Positions 26,658-40,800 of a stretch of DNA of 64,000 nucleotides are shown in pieces; within the stretch, counting starts at the first letter, position 1; every line of letters starts with the position of its first letter. Both the position numbers and the translations under genes were made by a program. Below the pieces are notes generated by a model. It had not been told where the DNA came from and searched no databases. It saw only the letters and a list, made by a program, of their open reading frames with translations. This DNA is from Balanoglossus misakiensis (taxonomy: Eukaryota > Animalia > Hemichordata). The stretch covers positions 2,589,943 through 2,653,942 of the forward strand of contig CM082595.2 of the NCBI GenBank assembly GCA_040954595.2, written 5' to 3'.

Positions 26658-28049
26658 GTCATCATTGTCATCATCGTCATCATCATCATCATCATCATCA
26701 TCATCAATTGCTGACAATTACTGTTTGACTATATCATATCATCAGCCAAAGAGTTAACATGATGACGTACCTGTGTGGAGGTGTAAGCCACTAGTTTAGA
26801 GAGAAGAACACAATCATCTTCCCCAGGATGTAGTTTTCGGAGCTCACGTATCGCCTTCTCTCTCGCCGATAGAAGACAAACGAGAATGCACTCACTTGCA
26901 GACCCCTAAACACCAAAGGAGAATGTGTCAAATAAAAAGCGCACCTTGCTTAACAGTTCATACAAAATATTGTGACTTGAAAGAAGTTTTGATTGTCGTT
27001 AACAACAGTGACTAAGTAAAAAAAGAAGGGTGAACAATGTTTTTAGATATTAAAGTTTAATATGTTCGTTGTTGGTACATGTGTAATATTTTGGCAATCT
27101 TGTTTGTGTTTTGGATATCTGACATCATCAATTTGATAAAAGTGTCTAACCTGTATGACCCCGCCTCCTTTGCCACCATCTGTAAATGGTAGTAGGCGTT
27201 TCGGTAAGCCCACCATTTTCCCAAACCAGTCCATCACTATTGTTTCGAGCTCAGTACAGGCAGGACTAGCAGCCTACAAGTGAAACGATGCATTTTGACA
27301 CGAATATATATTAATAAGTTTCTATACTATACCAGGTATAAGGTACTGTTAGTGTATCCTATTGTCTGGTATATAACATTCTACGGTTCTGAAACAAGCT
27401 CAGTTCCATGACAGACCTATGCAACGTCATGGCTGTACAAAAGAGAATGCAAAAATTGTTTCTTACCCATGAGAACCCGACGCATCCTATAGCATCTGAT
27501 AACATGTCTCCGAGTATCGAAGGATAGGCGTTGCCGGCCGGGAAGTAAGCGTGGAATCTTGGATGTTGCCAATGAGTAATCTGGAACACATTAAAATACA
27601 AGGGTTTTAAAATTTATGAAAAACGCAGTTATGACAACCGCAAAGAACATCCACTCATTTACTTTGGATTTCGCTCATTAAGAAACATTTTGAAATGGGG
27701 TGAGTTCAGTTTGATGTAAAATAGCGATAATTTTTACCAAAAATTGCAGCTCATTGGCCTTTAAAAAGTAAATTTCTTCAATCGGACAATTTCAAATAAT
27801 GTTTGGGGTTGGAAAAAGTACATGTGAATGCAATAGAGTTTAACTCACCCCGGGCATAATTGTCCTTTCAACATCTGCAAATATATCCTCCCAATTTTCA
27901 CCTTTCCTAGGAGCTTGTGTGGGTAGAAGTTTTTGAAGATATCCTGGTTGCACATCAGGGAAGACCCGGCGGGTTTCGATGGTCTCCATGTAGTTGGCGA
28001 TGTACTCCACCATATTCGCTCCCCTTTTTCGAAATTCGTCAGTATTCAT
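23170..28049 (-). CDS. Tdc: Tyrosine decarboxylase-type group II PLP-dependent aromatic amino acid decarboxylase, about 544 aa, 13 coding exons
   Basis: Exons: 28049-27849, 27580-27467, 27273-27151, 26905-26771, 26517-26407, 26216-26184, 25792-25631, 25070-25003, 24848-24778, 24575-24556, 24394-24296, 24047-23946, 23565-23170. TDC-type motifs: [18 protein letters not shown] lysine in NPNKW (DDC has NPHKW, HDC NPSKW) and [11 protein letters not shown]. Confidence 0.88.
26622..26707. repeat. (ATC)n microsatellite in Tdc intron
   Basis: Directly visible. Confidence 0.95.
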
Positions 28050-28540
28050 CGCGTCTCAGAATTATTGCAAATGAGTATTCCAACCTGAAAAACAGCACGA
28101 TCGGCCCCAATGCTATTTCTGCTTCACTTTGCCTGATATGGTAGACAAACGTTCCTTTTAGCACATCTAATAAAACTAAAACAAAAAGTTAGACCCTTTC
28201 TTCTTAAAAGTCAGGAGGAGAATGACGTTTTTTGTACGTGCGAATCCTTTTTTGAAGATTTCTGGGATTACGCAGATCATTAATTTCGCGAGTGAGTGAT
28301 GTAAAAACACATAGACACGCCTACGGTGTGTAGATTTTAAAAACTCCCCCTGAAAATCGCCAGCAAGCTCTAGTAAATAGCTTTACAACTATTTACTCGT
28401 TGACAAACGTAGAATATGTAACAGAGGGGTTGGTTCAATTGGTTAAATGTCCTCACGTGTAATAAGACTGGAATCTATTTTGAGTTTGACGAAAACCTAT
28501 GACAATAACGCTAACTGCTAATCGTAAAGCCTGGGCTTAC

Positions 28541-28640
28541 CTGCTCCGTCGACAGTCAGGTGGTTTTGTCACTTTAATGTACAACTTACGTCCGATCGAA
28601 CAATTTCATTCATTTCCCACGCGCCTCCTTTTATGAACAA
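28541..28640 (-). promoter_or_regulatory. Candidate non-coding first exon and core promoter of Tdc
   Basis: Donor CAG|GTAAGC at 28541/28540 matches acceptor TTTTTCAG at 28085-28086. TATA-like CATAAAAGG near 28635-28627; CSL-type CGTGGGAA at 28621-28614. Confidence 0.45.
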
Positions 28641-29659
28641 CCATGCTTGCGTACTCTTGTATCTCCATGGAAATGTGACCAATTTCAAGTACATTTCTGT
28701 GTGTGAGAGAGAGAGAAAAAATATCATAAATTGTTGCCCGGCCTCGGAATGTTTATTTTCATAATTTCATAGGTTGATGTACATGACCAACAAATGTTCC
28801 CTATACGGCCAACTTGCCACAGGATTAACATTGGAAAGCCCAGAATATGATTATGAAATGGAATTTCAACAGGATAATCATATTGGGATGCAATATCTTA
28901 CATCCTCGACCTTTTTTAATGGCGTGTCTGTACATGATTGTTAATTTGTTACTCAGGGCTAAATTCGCATTTTGAGAATCTATTTTAGCATATATTGTCT
29001 GAGCATGACATGCACAAACAACCCAACTGGGACTCTAGCTGTGACACTGACAAACAGACCCAGAAATGTTAGATTATTTACTGGAAACAGCATTGAAGAA
29101 ATCAAAAAAAAATGTAGCTAGGAAAATTGTGTAATATACAGCACTGGAGCAAAGTACTAGTAATTATGTTCTTCAGTTTGTAGCATATTTTGCCTTTTTT
29201 CTGGAAAATGCACTCCACTTTATCAAGAATACAAGGCATATAATTCACAAATGCATGGATTGTGAAATATCAGAACTTCTTTGATGAACAAGCGTTGAAG
29301 TCTTAATGGTTGACAATTTGTTAGAGCAAACGTATCATGCTTTAAAGTTCGTTACACATCATGTGGCTAAATGATATCCTGAGCGCCCTCTACAGGAGTA
29401 GTGCCAGATCAAACTTGTATCATCATTTCATGTCGTGCGTTTTCTCGGAATATAATGTGTGTTTGTCAGTTTTTGGGTACCTTGTAAGCTCATTTATTGT
29501 ATACTTGTTATTTTTGTACATAATAAAACTTTACAACGACATGGCACGGCCACAACAAGAGAATATTTAACGCAATAGACACCTGCATACGTAACATATG
29601 CACTTGCTGTATGTTTCACCGGAAGTGACCCATGACCCGTAACAACACTCAATGACAAA

Positions 29660-32600
29660 ATGGCGAACATGCAAGACAGCTCCAATCGCGAGCTCGGCTA
29701 CGAGCAGACGTTGGTAAGATCGCTTTATTATATTTACAAAGATGGGATGACAGACAGGTTGCGCAAAACGTTTCTAGGTAGATAAGTTAACTGGTTTGTC
29801 AAAGATCGGTGGGGAAGTAATATTTTCCATGCAGTCAAACTTCCGGCAACAGAAATCAGATCGTCCTTCCAAATTGTTGTTGGTACACGATCAGTTAAAG
29901 AGATCAGCTGGGTCATTTTTTTTCGGGGAAAGGCGTTCTGATGTCTAGAGTTCCCAGTTGGGTGCTAAAAACTGGATGTCCTAAACTTTCGTACACTGTG
30001 ATTTCAGCGCACGAATGCACACGATTGCTGTGCACACACGCAGTCCCTCCGATTCAAACTCAAAGGAGGGGCTGTGGTCGTGATGTACTGCAGCTTGAGC
30101 GTTTTGCCGGTGTACATGTCTTTGCCAGGATTGCAAGAAGCAGACTGCGTCTTATCAATTATGCTGTCACTAGGGGTGTCAACTCAGACTAGACCATTAC
30201 TTGGTGGGAGGGGACGAGATTATGTTGTGGGGGTGCCATCTACATGTAATCATGGATACACTATTTTTGCAAGATTGCAATATACAACCCTTTTTATAAC
30301 TGACCCATATACATACAGTGCTGTTTTAAATTAATGAATAATATATTAACCACACTGCATTATAAATACAACATTGGTGACAGGTGGCTTATATTAGCAT
30401 GGCCATGTGATCTTTGAAAACCATATTTTTTGTTTTATCCCATAAAAAGTGTGAGACTGTGGTCATTGGATCTGTCATGTAATACTGACGTATGTTTCCG
30501 TTTCAAATAATTATAGAAACATCATTTGTCATCCAGGAAAGGGATTGTGGCCCCATGTCATAATGTCAACCCTTTCATTACCATGGTTTGGTCGAACTCT
30601 ATTGTTCTAAATGACAATGCAGGGCCTGTATACAAGGATATGGGGTAAAAAGGGTTAAGTTGGACTTGGAAATAAAATTGTTGTGAAGCTAAAGGAAATC
30701 TCGTCTGGGTAAATAGTTGACATTCTTTGGCTAAGCATGCCGTGATATTACAATGTTATTAGCAGTCAGTGCAGTATGTCAGTTAATTAGACTTACAGGT
30801 CAAGTATGATTAGTTCAGCTTTTTAAATGCTTTTACGTCATCGTTCTAAGTACTATTCCACTGTGATGGCTGGCTGATAGCCAGTTTGATGAGGAAAGCA
30901 ATAACTCAACTGTGCCTGATACATAGCAATTAAGATAAATGAGGTTTTAATAGTTATGGAGAGTGCACAAGAGGTTAGCGTAGGGAGAACCATCTGATTT
31001 TGGGAGAGGGGTGGAGAATTTAGATGTGTCAGCTATTTTTAGTGACTGTCACTGCAAAAAATGTTGATTGCCAGTCCATCCTTTCCCTCAAGGCATTGCA
31101 GAAGATTTTTTTCTCGTCTGCACCATCTGCCAACAATTTTTCCCCCAAATATCCTCCATCCACCCCCACCCCCCAGGAAATCAAATGGTTCTCCCCTTAG
31201 AGGGTTTGAAACACACACAGATGTATACAGCTGATGATTTGACTCAGTAATGGAGAAAAGAAAATCTGCTGAGATTTTCTTAGTACTTAAGATTTTAGTG
31301 ATAAATGTTCATGTTGCAAAATGCAGCCAGAACCTGACCATGAATTTTAAAAAGGGTTGGCATTGAAATAAGGGATTCAGGAACCCTGCAGTATCTGGTG
31401 AAGTGAGAGTAAAAGAGTTGTCAATGTGTTGCTTGGCAACTGATGACCTATGCACTATTAATATACAAGATGTCTTAAAGCATAAGACTCTTTGAGCATG
31501 CTAAATATAGAAACACGACATCGTTTAATCAGATTTTCAATAGAATAAATCATAGCATTAAGTTTGCCGGCAGACTTCTCAACCTTTTAGACCACTCCAG
31601 GCAGAAAACGTCAGTTAAACGCGCAGTGTATTAGAGCTCTAGGGAGGAGCTACTGGCAAAGTACATGTCATGCATTTTAAAAACTTGCCAGCTAATTTTA
31701 TCCCAGAAAGGTGCAATTAATGTAGCTGGAGATGATGAACTTGATTAGTGTCGTTAAAGCGTTCTGCGTCGTTGATTTGAAAAGTCACTTGGGAGAAACT
31801 CAGCACATGCTGACGCATCATAATCAAAACCGTTTCACCCGTGGCAGCTCTGAGCCAGATTTGGGAAAAATGTACTCATTTGAGTGACTTTTCATGATTT
31901 CTTCTGCAATGGGACGTTCAATATGAACACCAGTTCTTGCAAAATCTGGTTTCCTGAGAGCAATTTCATCACTCTTTTGGGAGACAGGGACAACGTGTCG
32001 TCCATTTCGGCTAGAGAGTCTGTAAGTACAGATGGTGAACGCTGTTGTGATTTCTATCGTATTTGTAATACTTAAGTATATGCTGTCAAACAGCTTTTTG
32101 AAATTTTGCACTTCATCAAATATGTTTTAAACATCTGTCAGTGTATTCCTTCCACACGTTCACTATGCTATATCCCTTGGGATATAGCATGATTGATATC
32201 TTGGCCTAAACTAAACGTTCCTTCTGTTCACAGATGTATGGTCGCTATACGAGGGATCTTGGTTTGTACGCAAAAACAGAAGCAGCAAGAGTCCGTCGTG
32301 AAAAAGAACTCAAGACAGAAAAGAAATATAAAGTATTGGAAAACAGATTTTGTATCAGATGTCAATGTAAGTTGCACATTTATTGGCTTTAAATAATTGT
32401 ATATACTGGATCCAAATCAGAATTTCTAATGTGCCTTTCGCACTAAAATTAGCACATAAGTTTACCATGAAGGTCTCATAATTTGGTTAGACGTTGGACC
32501 AATAGAAGCTATAGTATAGTGTTTCATTACTGCATTACACTAATCATGTTTAAGCATTGATTTACATGTATAGGGACAGCTTCAGTTGTAAGTCACGTCA

Positions 32601-35600
32601 ATATTCCACTGGTTTCCTGATAAAAGACATTTAGATCTATGCAGGAAAATCTTTGTACAGTTCTCGACAAAAGAAACCCATAGTAATGGCAGCTGACTGA
32701 ATAATTGCATGAATGAGAACAAACAATGCTAAAAAAGAGATGCTTTTGACTTCACAGTTCTTTTTTCAAATTCTTCACATTTGCCCCTAAGAAAACTGTA
32801 CGGAATTCATTATTTTTAAAGATAATCGAGTTAATGAAATTATCTTTTGTGAGGAAAATGCCAAAGGGGATGGAGGCCATCTCTAAGGAATTACAGAGCA
32901 TGAAAATCAAATCTGTTCAAAGAAATATGAAGTTTGAATGTTTTTCAATCTCATTCGATGAGATAGCTCATATTCATGTACATATTTTGTTCATCCCCTT
33001 TCAGACTGTTTACCTTTTACCTGATGGAACATACGCAGGTCTAATTTCTTGTTAAATCTCTATTTGATTTTTAGCGTATCTCATCTGGGCTAAAGATGCA
33101 CTTTTTGCAAGAATTGGTGAAGACTGGATTTTTCTCTTAGTGCTTGGTGTTGTCATGGCGCTGCTGTCCTTTCTGCTAGATTACGCAATTGCAAAATTCC
33201 AAACAGGTGAGTTTAGTATCAAAAATCTTGGATTTTGTGGTTATATTTCAGGTCAAGAATCTGACTGGAATAATTATTTTAGCATATGGTAGCATGACAA
33301 CAATGTAGCACCACATTCTGATGAGAAAATGTCTCTGTGTTTGCGTTTAACAGCTCATGTCTGGTTGTTCTACGAGTTACAAGGCCGACCAGTTCTACAG
33401 TTTCTAGCCTGGGTCACATTTCCCATCGTTTTCATCATGTTCTCCACCGGCTTCACACATCTTGTTGGCCCAAATGCAATCGGTAAGTTCCGATAGAAAA
33501 AAAATTGACTTCTGTTGAATGTAAAAGGTTTGCGCCAACCTACGCAGTCTGTAGATGTAAGAGGCAAGGAGTATCTTATGTTATTTTTGTAGTTTTTGTT
33601 TCATACTGTGGTTGTGTCAAAAATATCTCCTGTTACTCTTTGTATGTGTTTGACAGGTTCTGGTATTCCCGAGATGAAGACCATTCTTAGAGGTGTCATA
33701 TTGAAAGAGTATCTGACATTCAGAACTCTTATATCCAAAATGGTTGGTTTAGCCACTTCTATAGGAAGTAGTTTGCCAATTGGAAAAGAGGTCAGTGCAA
33801 TAATTACTTGGTTGGCCAATAACCCTGCTCACAAAAACTTGGAATGTCGCCATCTACAGAGAATTTTACTCAACCCTTTTGTTTTTGTTTCCTTCCCACA
33901 GGGTCCGTTTGTACATATTGCCAGTATGACCGCAAATCTTTTGGGGAAACTTATCAGATCAACCAAGGGAGTATATGAGGTATGGTCAGGCAATGAAAAA
34001 TAATTTGTAAAATCCAAATTTAACTTTTCACCGGCTACATTGAAATTTACATCAATGTAATGGAACTAGAAAAATTATGAATAAACTAATACTCGATATC
34101 AGAAACTTGATTTCTCTGTTTGACTTTCCAGAACGAATCTCGTAATTACAACATGTTAGCTGCAGCCTGCGCAGTGGGAGTCTCTTGTACATTCTCAGCA
34201 CCTATTGGTGGTGTTCTGTTCAGTATAGAGGTAACAGCTACCTACTTCGCTGTTAGTAACTACTGGAGGGGTTTCTTCTCGGCCGTGTGCAGTGCCTTCG
34301 TGTTCAGATTAATGGCTGTGTGGGTCAAGGAAGAAGGTACACACCATTTTTATATATAAAAGCAATCCTTTCTCAGTGTTCGCTTAACAGTCTGAATCTA
34401 CGTCACTCAGTAAAGTGATAGTAATCATTTGATATGTGATCTTTCCAACAGAAACCATCACAGCACTTTTCAAGACAAGTTTTCGAGTAGACTTTCCATT
34501 TGATGTACAGGAGTTTATTGCATTTTCTTTGATCGGGTAAGAAAGACCAAAATAAGTATTTCTCTGTTGTATCTAAGTAGTTTAAGAGCTTGTGAATACA
34601 TCTGTGAAATAACCATAGTTTTGAAAGGGTTAATACTAGATATGTACTTGTATTCCAGGGTGGTGACTGGCTTTGGAGGTGCCTTATTTGTATATATTCA
34701 CAGAAAAATTGTAGAATTCAACAGGAAACACAAGAGGGCTAGACAGTTTCTTCAGAAAAAGTAAGTAAAGCATTTACACGTTCATAGAAATATGCGTAAT
34801 TCTATGGCTGTTTTCTAGACATGGTTTTGTTTGAACTGAAATGCGTTCAAACTCTGGGTTTTAACTTTTCATCCAGTAGTACTGAAACTGATTTCTTTTA
34901 ACTCTCAGGTCACAGTAAGTACTTCTGAGGCTTACCAGACCAGGTGGATATGTATATTTTACTCGATGTTTAGTTGTAATCTTATATCAGCATGTTTTGG
35001 TGTCGTAATTTCCCCTCATTGGTGAAACAAAGTTTTGTTTACGGGTATTAAACAAAGGAAAGGTGTACTGGTACAATAATAAAAGTGGCTAGTGTCTTGG
35101 TTTGTTCAAGTCTTTTGAGCCCACAGAAGTTTTGTGACATGTTGATAAAACTTTTTTGGATGTTTTTTGGACATCCTGAATAGCAGGTACATCACAGAAA
35201 GCATACATCATCAATGGATGAATGTACATTGTACTTTGTTTCCATCTGATCACTGTTGCATGTTGGTAGAATTGTAAAAACTGGTCACACTGACTTCTGT
35301 TCCCTAAATCTTGAAACCTGTCTATACAGAACACCTAAACCAAAGTTTTCTAAGTCCCTTGGAAGTCCAGCTTACATAGGTTTACGGTACCTGGAAAGGT
35401 TAAGGTGAAGGCACTGCATGGTAAATGCATGTCAAATGATCAACACCTCAGACATGTATAATTGCACGCAATATCTACAGCAATGATATGGTTGTCATCA
35501 CATGTATAATGTACCTACTGTATGTACATGTATGTGGTTGTATGAAACATAATCAGTCCACTTTGCAGAAACATGTACAATGTAGTATTATCAAGCTAGG

Positions 35601-36835
35601 TGGTTTAATTATCCTTCTTAGCAAAGAGTTTTGTTTATAAGGATGAGGGATTCTGTTGATGTCAATAACGTCAACAACTCTGAGGCATGATATTATTACA
35701 CTAGAACCCTTTCAATAGTTGCTATTCTGTGCTATTTTCCTGACTTTTTCGGCATCATATTTTACAGCAATCACTGATTTATGGTGGTCAGTTTCATAAG
35801 CTGCGAGGATATATAGAGATGCTGTAATTCCAACTTTGTATGTTTGTTTCTTTTTGCAGTCGTTTTATTTACCCTACCATGGTAGCATTCGTGATATCGT
35901 CTCTGACATTCCCACTCGGAGTTGGACAGTTTATGGCTGGAGAGGTGAGTCACTGGCAGTATTACAAAATTGGATCTCAGAAGACTGCTTGTGAGTCTAG
36001 TGTTACTTGAAAAATCATCATGGTCACAACTTCCATGGTCAGAATCTAGCATGTGACATACGGTACTTATGATTTCTTTCATACTGACAGTTGACATCAA
36101 AGGAGGCTCTCAATGAATTATTCAGCAACACAACATGGACCACAGGTCAGGCGGACATGGACGACGCTGCGGTCATCAGCCACTGGAAACATCCCAACAG
36201 CAATATCTATGTAACATTGGTTATATTCATCATCATGAAGGTGAGATGTCTGGGATTGTTTTGAGATCTAGTGATGTCACAAAAGTGAAGCCCTTCTGGC
36301 TGAAACTCTGTCCACTTCTAAACCAAAATCAATGACAGGATTCTGTTTGTACTAGTCTACCTTTTCGGTGTGCAAAAAATGAGTAAGACCAACCCATAAC
36401 ACCTGTGTAACATGTGGAAGAACCAATACGCCAATAAACCAAAGACCTTGTCACTAACATACATGCCAATTCTCATATCTGGATGCTGGCATTATTCAGA
36501 CCCAATCTGTCATTAGTCTAACTCAATCTGCCATTTATCTGACACAAGCTGTCACGTGTCTGTCATTTGTCTGCAGTTCTGGATGACAGCTGTAGCAGTG
36601 ACATTACCAGTACCAGCAGGAGTGTTCATGCCGGTCTTTATCATTGGTGCCGCCTTTGGCAGACTGGTTGGTGAGTGTATGGCTGCTTGGTTTCCCGATG
36701 GCATCAGGAGTGGTGACAATCTCTACAGGATTGTACCAGGGGGATATGCTGTAGTTGGTAAGTAATCACTGAAAATCATTATATTCACCATGTCATGATT
36801 AATCTCTCTCTCTCTCTCTATCTCCCTCTCCCCCC

Positions 36836-36866
<31 letters not shown>

Positions 36867-36933
36867 CTCTCCCCCCCTCTCTCTCTTCCTCTCCCTCCCT
36901 CTGTCTCTGTCTCTCTATCTCTCTATCTCTCTT

Positions 36934-37001
<68 letters not shown>

Positions 37002-37789
37002 GATCATGAAATATTGAATCACCATTTGTCTGCCCTATCTCTTCATAGGTGCAGCAGCGTTATCTGGGAGCGTAACACATACTATATCCACATCAGTTAT
37101 TGTCTTTGAATTGACAGGACAAATTGTACATATTTTACCAGTTATGGTAAGTTTGCAATCTGCTCTCTGTGTATGTATGTAATCCTATCTAAAGTGATAC
37201 TCATATTGCATCATGTACAGTAAAGTTATGTCCATTTTCAACAACTGTAGTTGACCATCAAATATATTCATATTTTTTTTTCAGATTGCAGTACTTATTG
37301 CCAATGCCATAGCACATTTACTTCAGCCATCTATTTACGATAGTATTATTCAAATCAAGAGATTGCCTTATTTGCCAGACTTCGCAAACTTTTCAACAAA
37401 AAAGTAAGTATCTGAGTGTCAGTTGTATAGCATATAAAAATTTACAGTATAGACTATTGCAATACATCTCTTTGATAGTATAAAGCAGCATTTTAATGTG
37501 ATGTATTATCATCTACTTCAGATCTTACAATGTATTTGTAGAAGACATCATGATCAAGCAAGTGCAGTATCTGTCTTTCAATTCAAATTATCAAGATTTA
37601 AGGGTAATATTAGAAATGACAAAACATTCCGCATATCCAATAGTGGAAAGCAAAGGTAGGTATACAGTTTTCTTGAGGAGACTATCATTTCTGATAATGA
37701 GCGCTGATAATGAGATTTTCGTGGTGGTGATGGTGGTAGTGATAATGGTGGTAGTGATTATAGTAGTGATGATGATGATGATGATGATA

Positions 37790-37855
<66 letters not shown>

Positions 37856-40800
37856 GTCAACATGCTAACCATCATGATTTCTGCTCTCAACAGAATCAAT
37901 GATTTTACTTGGATCAATGCAGAAGCATGTATTAGAACAGCTGTTAGACAGCCACGTGGGCAGGGCAGCCAGGCTACAAGCAGTAGCTGACAGACAGCGT
38001 CAGCAATCTGCATCACAAAATAATCTCGCAGACGGTCAAAACGGACATCAAGATGATGGTGAAGAGATCACTGTATTGGAACTCCATCCACAGGTAATAA
38101 GATGTTCAAAACTATTGTAGGCTATCACTATAATATTGCATCTGTAAATACAAAGCCAATAACAATCACTTTTTCTCTTTTTGTAGTCGAACGCATCAGT
38201 CACATCAACCAGCAGTATCAAATCAATACTCAAGAAATCAAAACATTGTAAGTGATCTTTTAGTGTGTGTTACATGTAAGGATATGGGGCAAAGGAATAC
38301 CCAACAGTTGCTCAAATTGACAGAAATTATGTTTTAATAAAGGACAAACCATTCATTGTTTCATGTGTTATTAATTTTAGTGTTTGCAGGCAGTGATTCA
38401 GGAGTTGGGTCCACAGAAATCGCACAGGTAAGGCCTCCAGTGAACCTCCACTGTTATTCAGTACATCTATATCTCTTTAAGATGTCATGATCTATCATTT
38501 GTAAAGGATCACCAGATGTAATAATTTCATTTTTAAAATTTCACTTGGCATCTTATGATTTATCAGTCTTATCATTTGAATACACAAATGGTTGATCAGT
38601 GTTCCTGGTAAAAAAACTGTACATGAAAATTGTCTTGGTAAATACATTATTCAGTTGGAACCAAGCTCACAGAAGAGATCAACAAATGACCATTCCATCC
38701 AGTTTCTAATCTACCAAGTTATAACTCTCATAAATAAAATTTCACCAGTACCATGCATTTCTTTACATTCCCTGCCCTCCTAAAACATGCACTTTACTAA
38801 CTGTGGGACATATTCATCCCTTCATAAACCTAAGGAGATGAGCAATATGGAAAAGGGTTCTACACTTAAGAAATCTGTTCAGTGGGTAAGTGTCACAAGA
38901 CATGCACAAGCTCATCACTCATTAACTATCATTGTTAATATGATCAGCATGCTCCATTCATATGATCATCATGTTCTGTTTATGTGATCAGCATTTGTTG
39001 TTCATGTGATCATTGTGCTATGTGTTTGTTGTGCATGTGGGGAATGCTGTTGATTTATCTGATTGCTTTGACTTTGAGGTTTTGATTGTTGGAGTGTGGT
39101 TTAATTAATATCTAGAAATGCAATAATGTATGTTTTGAAACATGTTTCAATTGAGTTGGCAAATGCTTCCAAATATGAAAATTCAACTGGATAATGATAG
39201 TACAGAAGAATACCATCCCTTTAAATCAATAATCAAGAGTTGCTTTGCACATACTGTGGGAAAGGTTAAAGACTTCGCTTTTCGAGGTGCACTCTACCTT
39301 AATATTTGAAGGCACATGTCAACATTAATGCCCTATTCTGCAGTGTGGTGGATTTTTTGATGATGCATGTATTTTCCCCTCTTTGCATTTTTACCCTGCT
39401 TTGGTGCACCTAGACTGACAAAGGTAATTTAGACATGACACCAGAAGAGGTTAGTGCATCTATGTCTGTTTCATGTACAGTCAAACCTGTGTTAGTGGCT
39501 ACCTCTAAATAGTGGCCAGTTGTTACAGTCCGCGTGCAATTTACATGTACCGGTACATGTGTTGTACATGTATTAGTGACTTTTGCCAATTCTCTGGATG
39601 CAGTGTGCGTCAAAATATAGCAAGTTATGTCTTACTTTGTTATAATCAAACATATGGTCTTCATCTTTCAGCAAAGAGCATGGGAAAATGAGAAACTTCT
39701 AGACACCATCAAATTTGACAATTGTCAGATCGATCCAGCACCGTTCCAGCTAGTTGAGAAAACATCATTACACAAGGTACATATGAGTTCTCACAAATTT
39801 CCTTTATGTTTAACTCATGAGAACATGAAATTTGTGGGTTTGAAATCATGTCCAGAATTGTAAATATAAGCTGTATTGAAATCAACACTACCAGTACTCT
39901 TTTCGTTTGAAATGGACATCAGATGTCAAAAATGATGGATGAAAATGCAGTGATTAAATTTTTATTCTTATATATATATCACAAGCGCTGCTCCATTTTC
40001 TCAAAATACGGCATGTTCTTACATGTTATGATATTTTTGGTTTTGTAGGTCCATTCGTTGTTTTCATTACTGGGTCTACACCATGCATATGTGACAACGC
40101 TAGGGAGACTGGTTGGTGTTGTGGCGCTGAAAGAGGTATTTATTCTAACCCTTTCTACACTATGGTTTGGTCCAAATGCATTGTTTTCTATGGTAAAATT
40201 GGACCTCTAAAGAGGGAAGTAGAGGTGAAATTATAGTTTGATTTTTGATACGGTAGAGTGATTGCACTAAAATTATTTGGCATGGTATTTGGAAGATACA
40301 AGGGGACATGACATGTCGTTTGGGTACGCGATATGGTGGAATGATTTCCACAAATATTTTCTTGGTGTTTGGGAGACGGCGCAGAACTGATTGAGAAAAT
40401 CACTTTGCAAGATCAAGTTGTGAGAAAATAAGGTTCAAGGAAACTTTGAGAGACACTGGAACAAGTCAGTGACACCAACATCAATCATGGACTTGTGTCC
40501 TATACAGAGATGATTCAAACAGCACTGGAGTTGTTGATCTGCTTCACGCATCATTTCATGTGCAGTGACTAGCGTCTGTTTGTACACAGAAAAACATGAC
40601 AATAATACACACCCTTGGAGACCGACACAAAGCAAGACAAAAGATAAAACCACCCCTTTGTTGCTTTCATGGTACATTAACTGTGATGCATTCCAATTTT
40701 TGGCTGACTTCGGTTTCTGTCCGTAAAAGAAAGCTGATAGTGGCTAGAGGGTATAAATTTTCTGTTCAGTGTTTTGAAAGTTTAAAAACAAGTCACAGAA

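Noticed and set aside
37550-38016. Poly-Met/poly-Ile ORFs (also 26481-26714, 63047-63529, 7921-8330)
   Set aside because: Translations of intronic microsatellites
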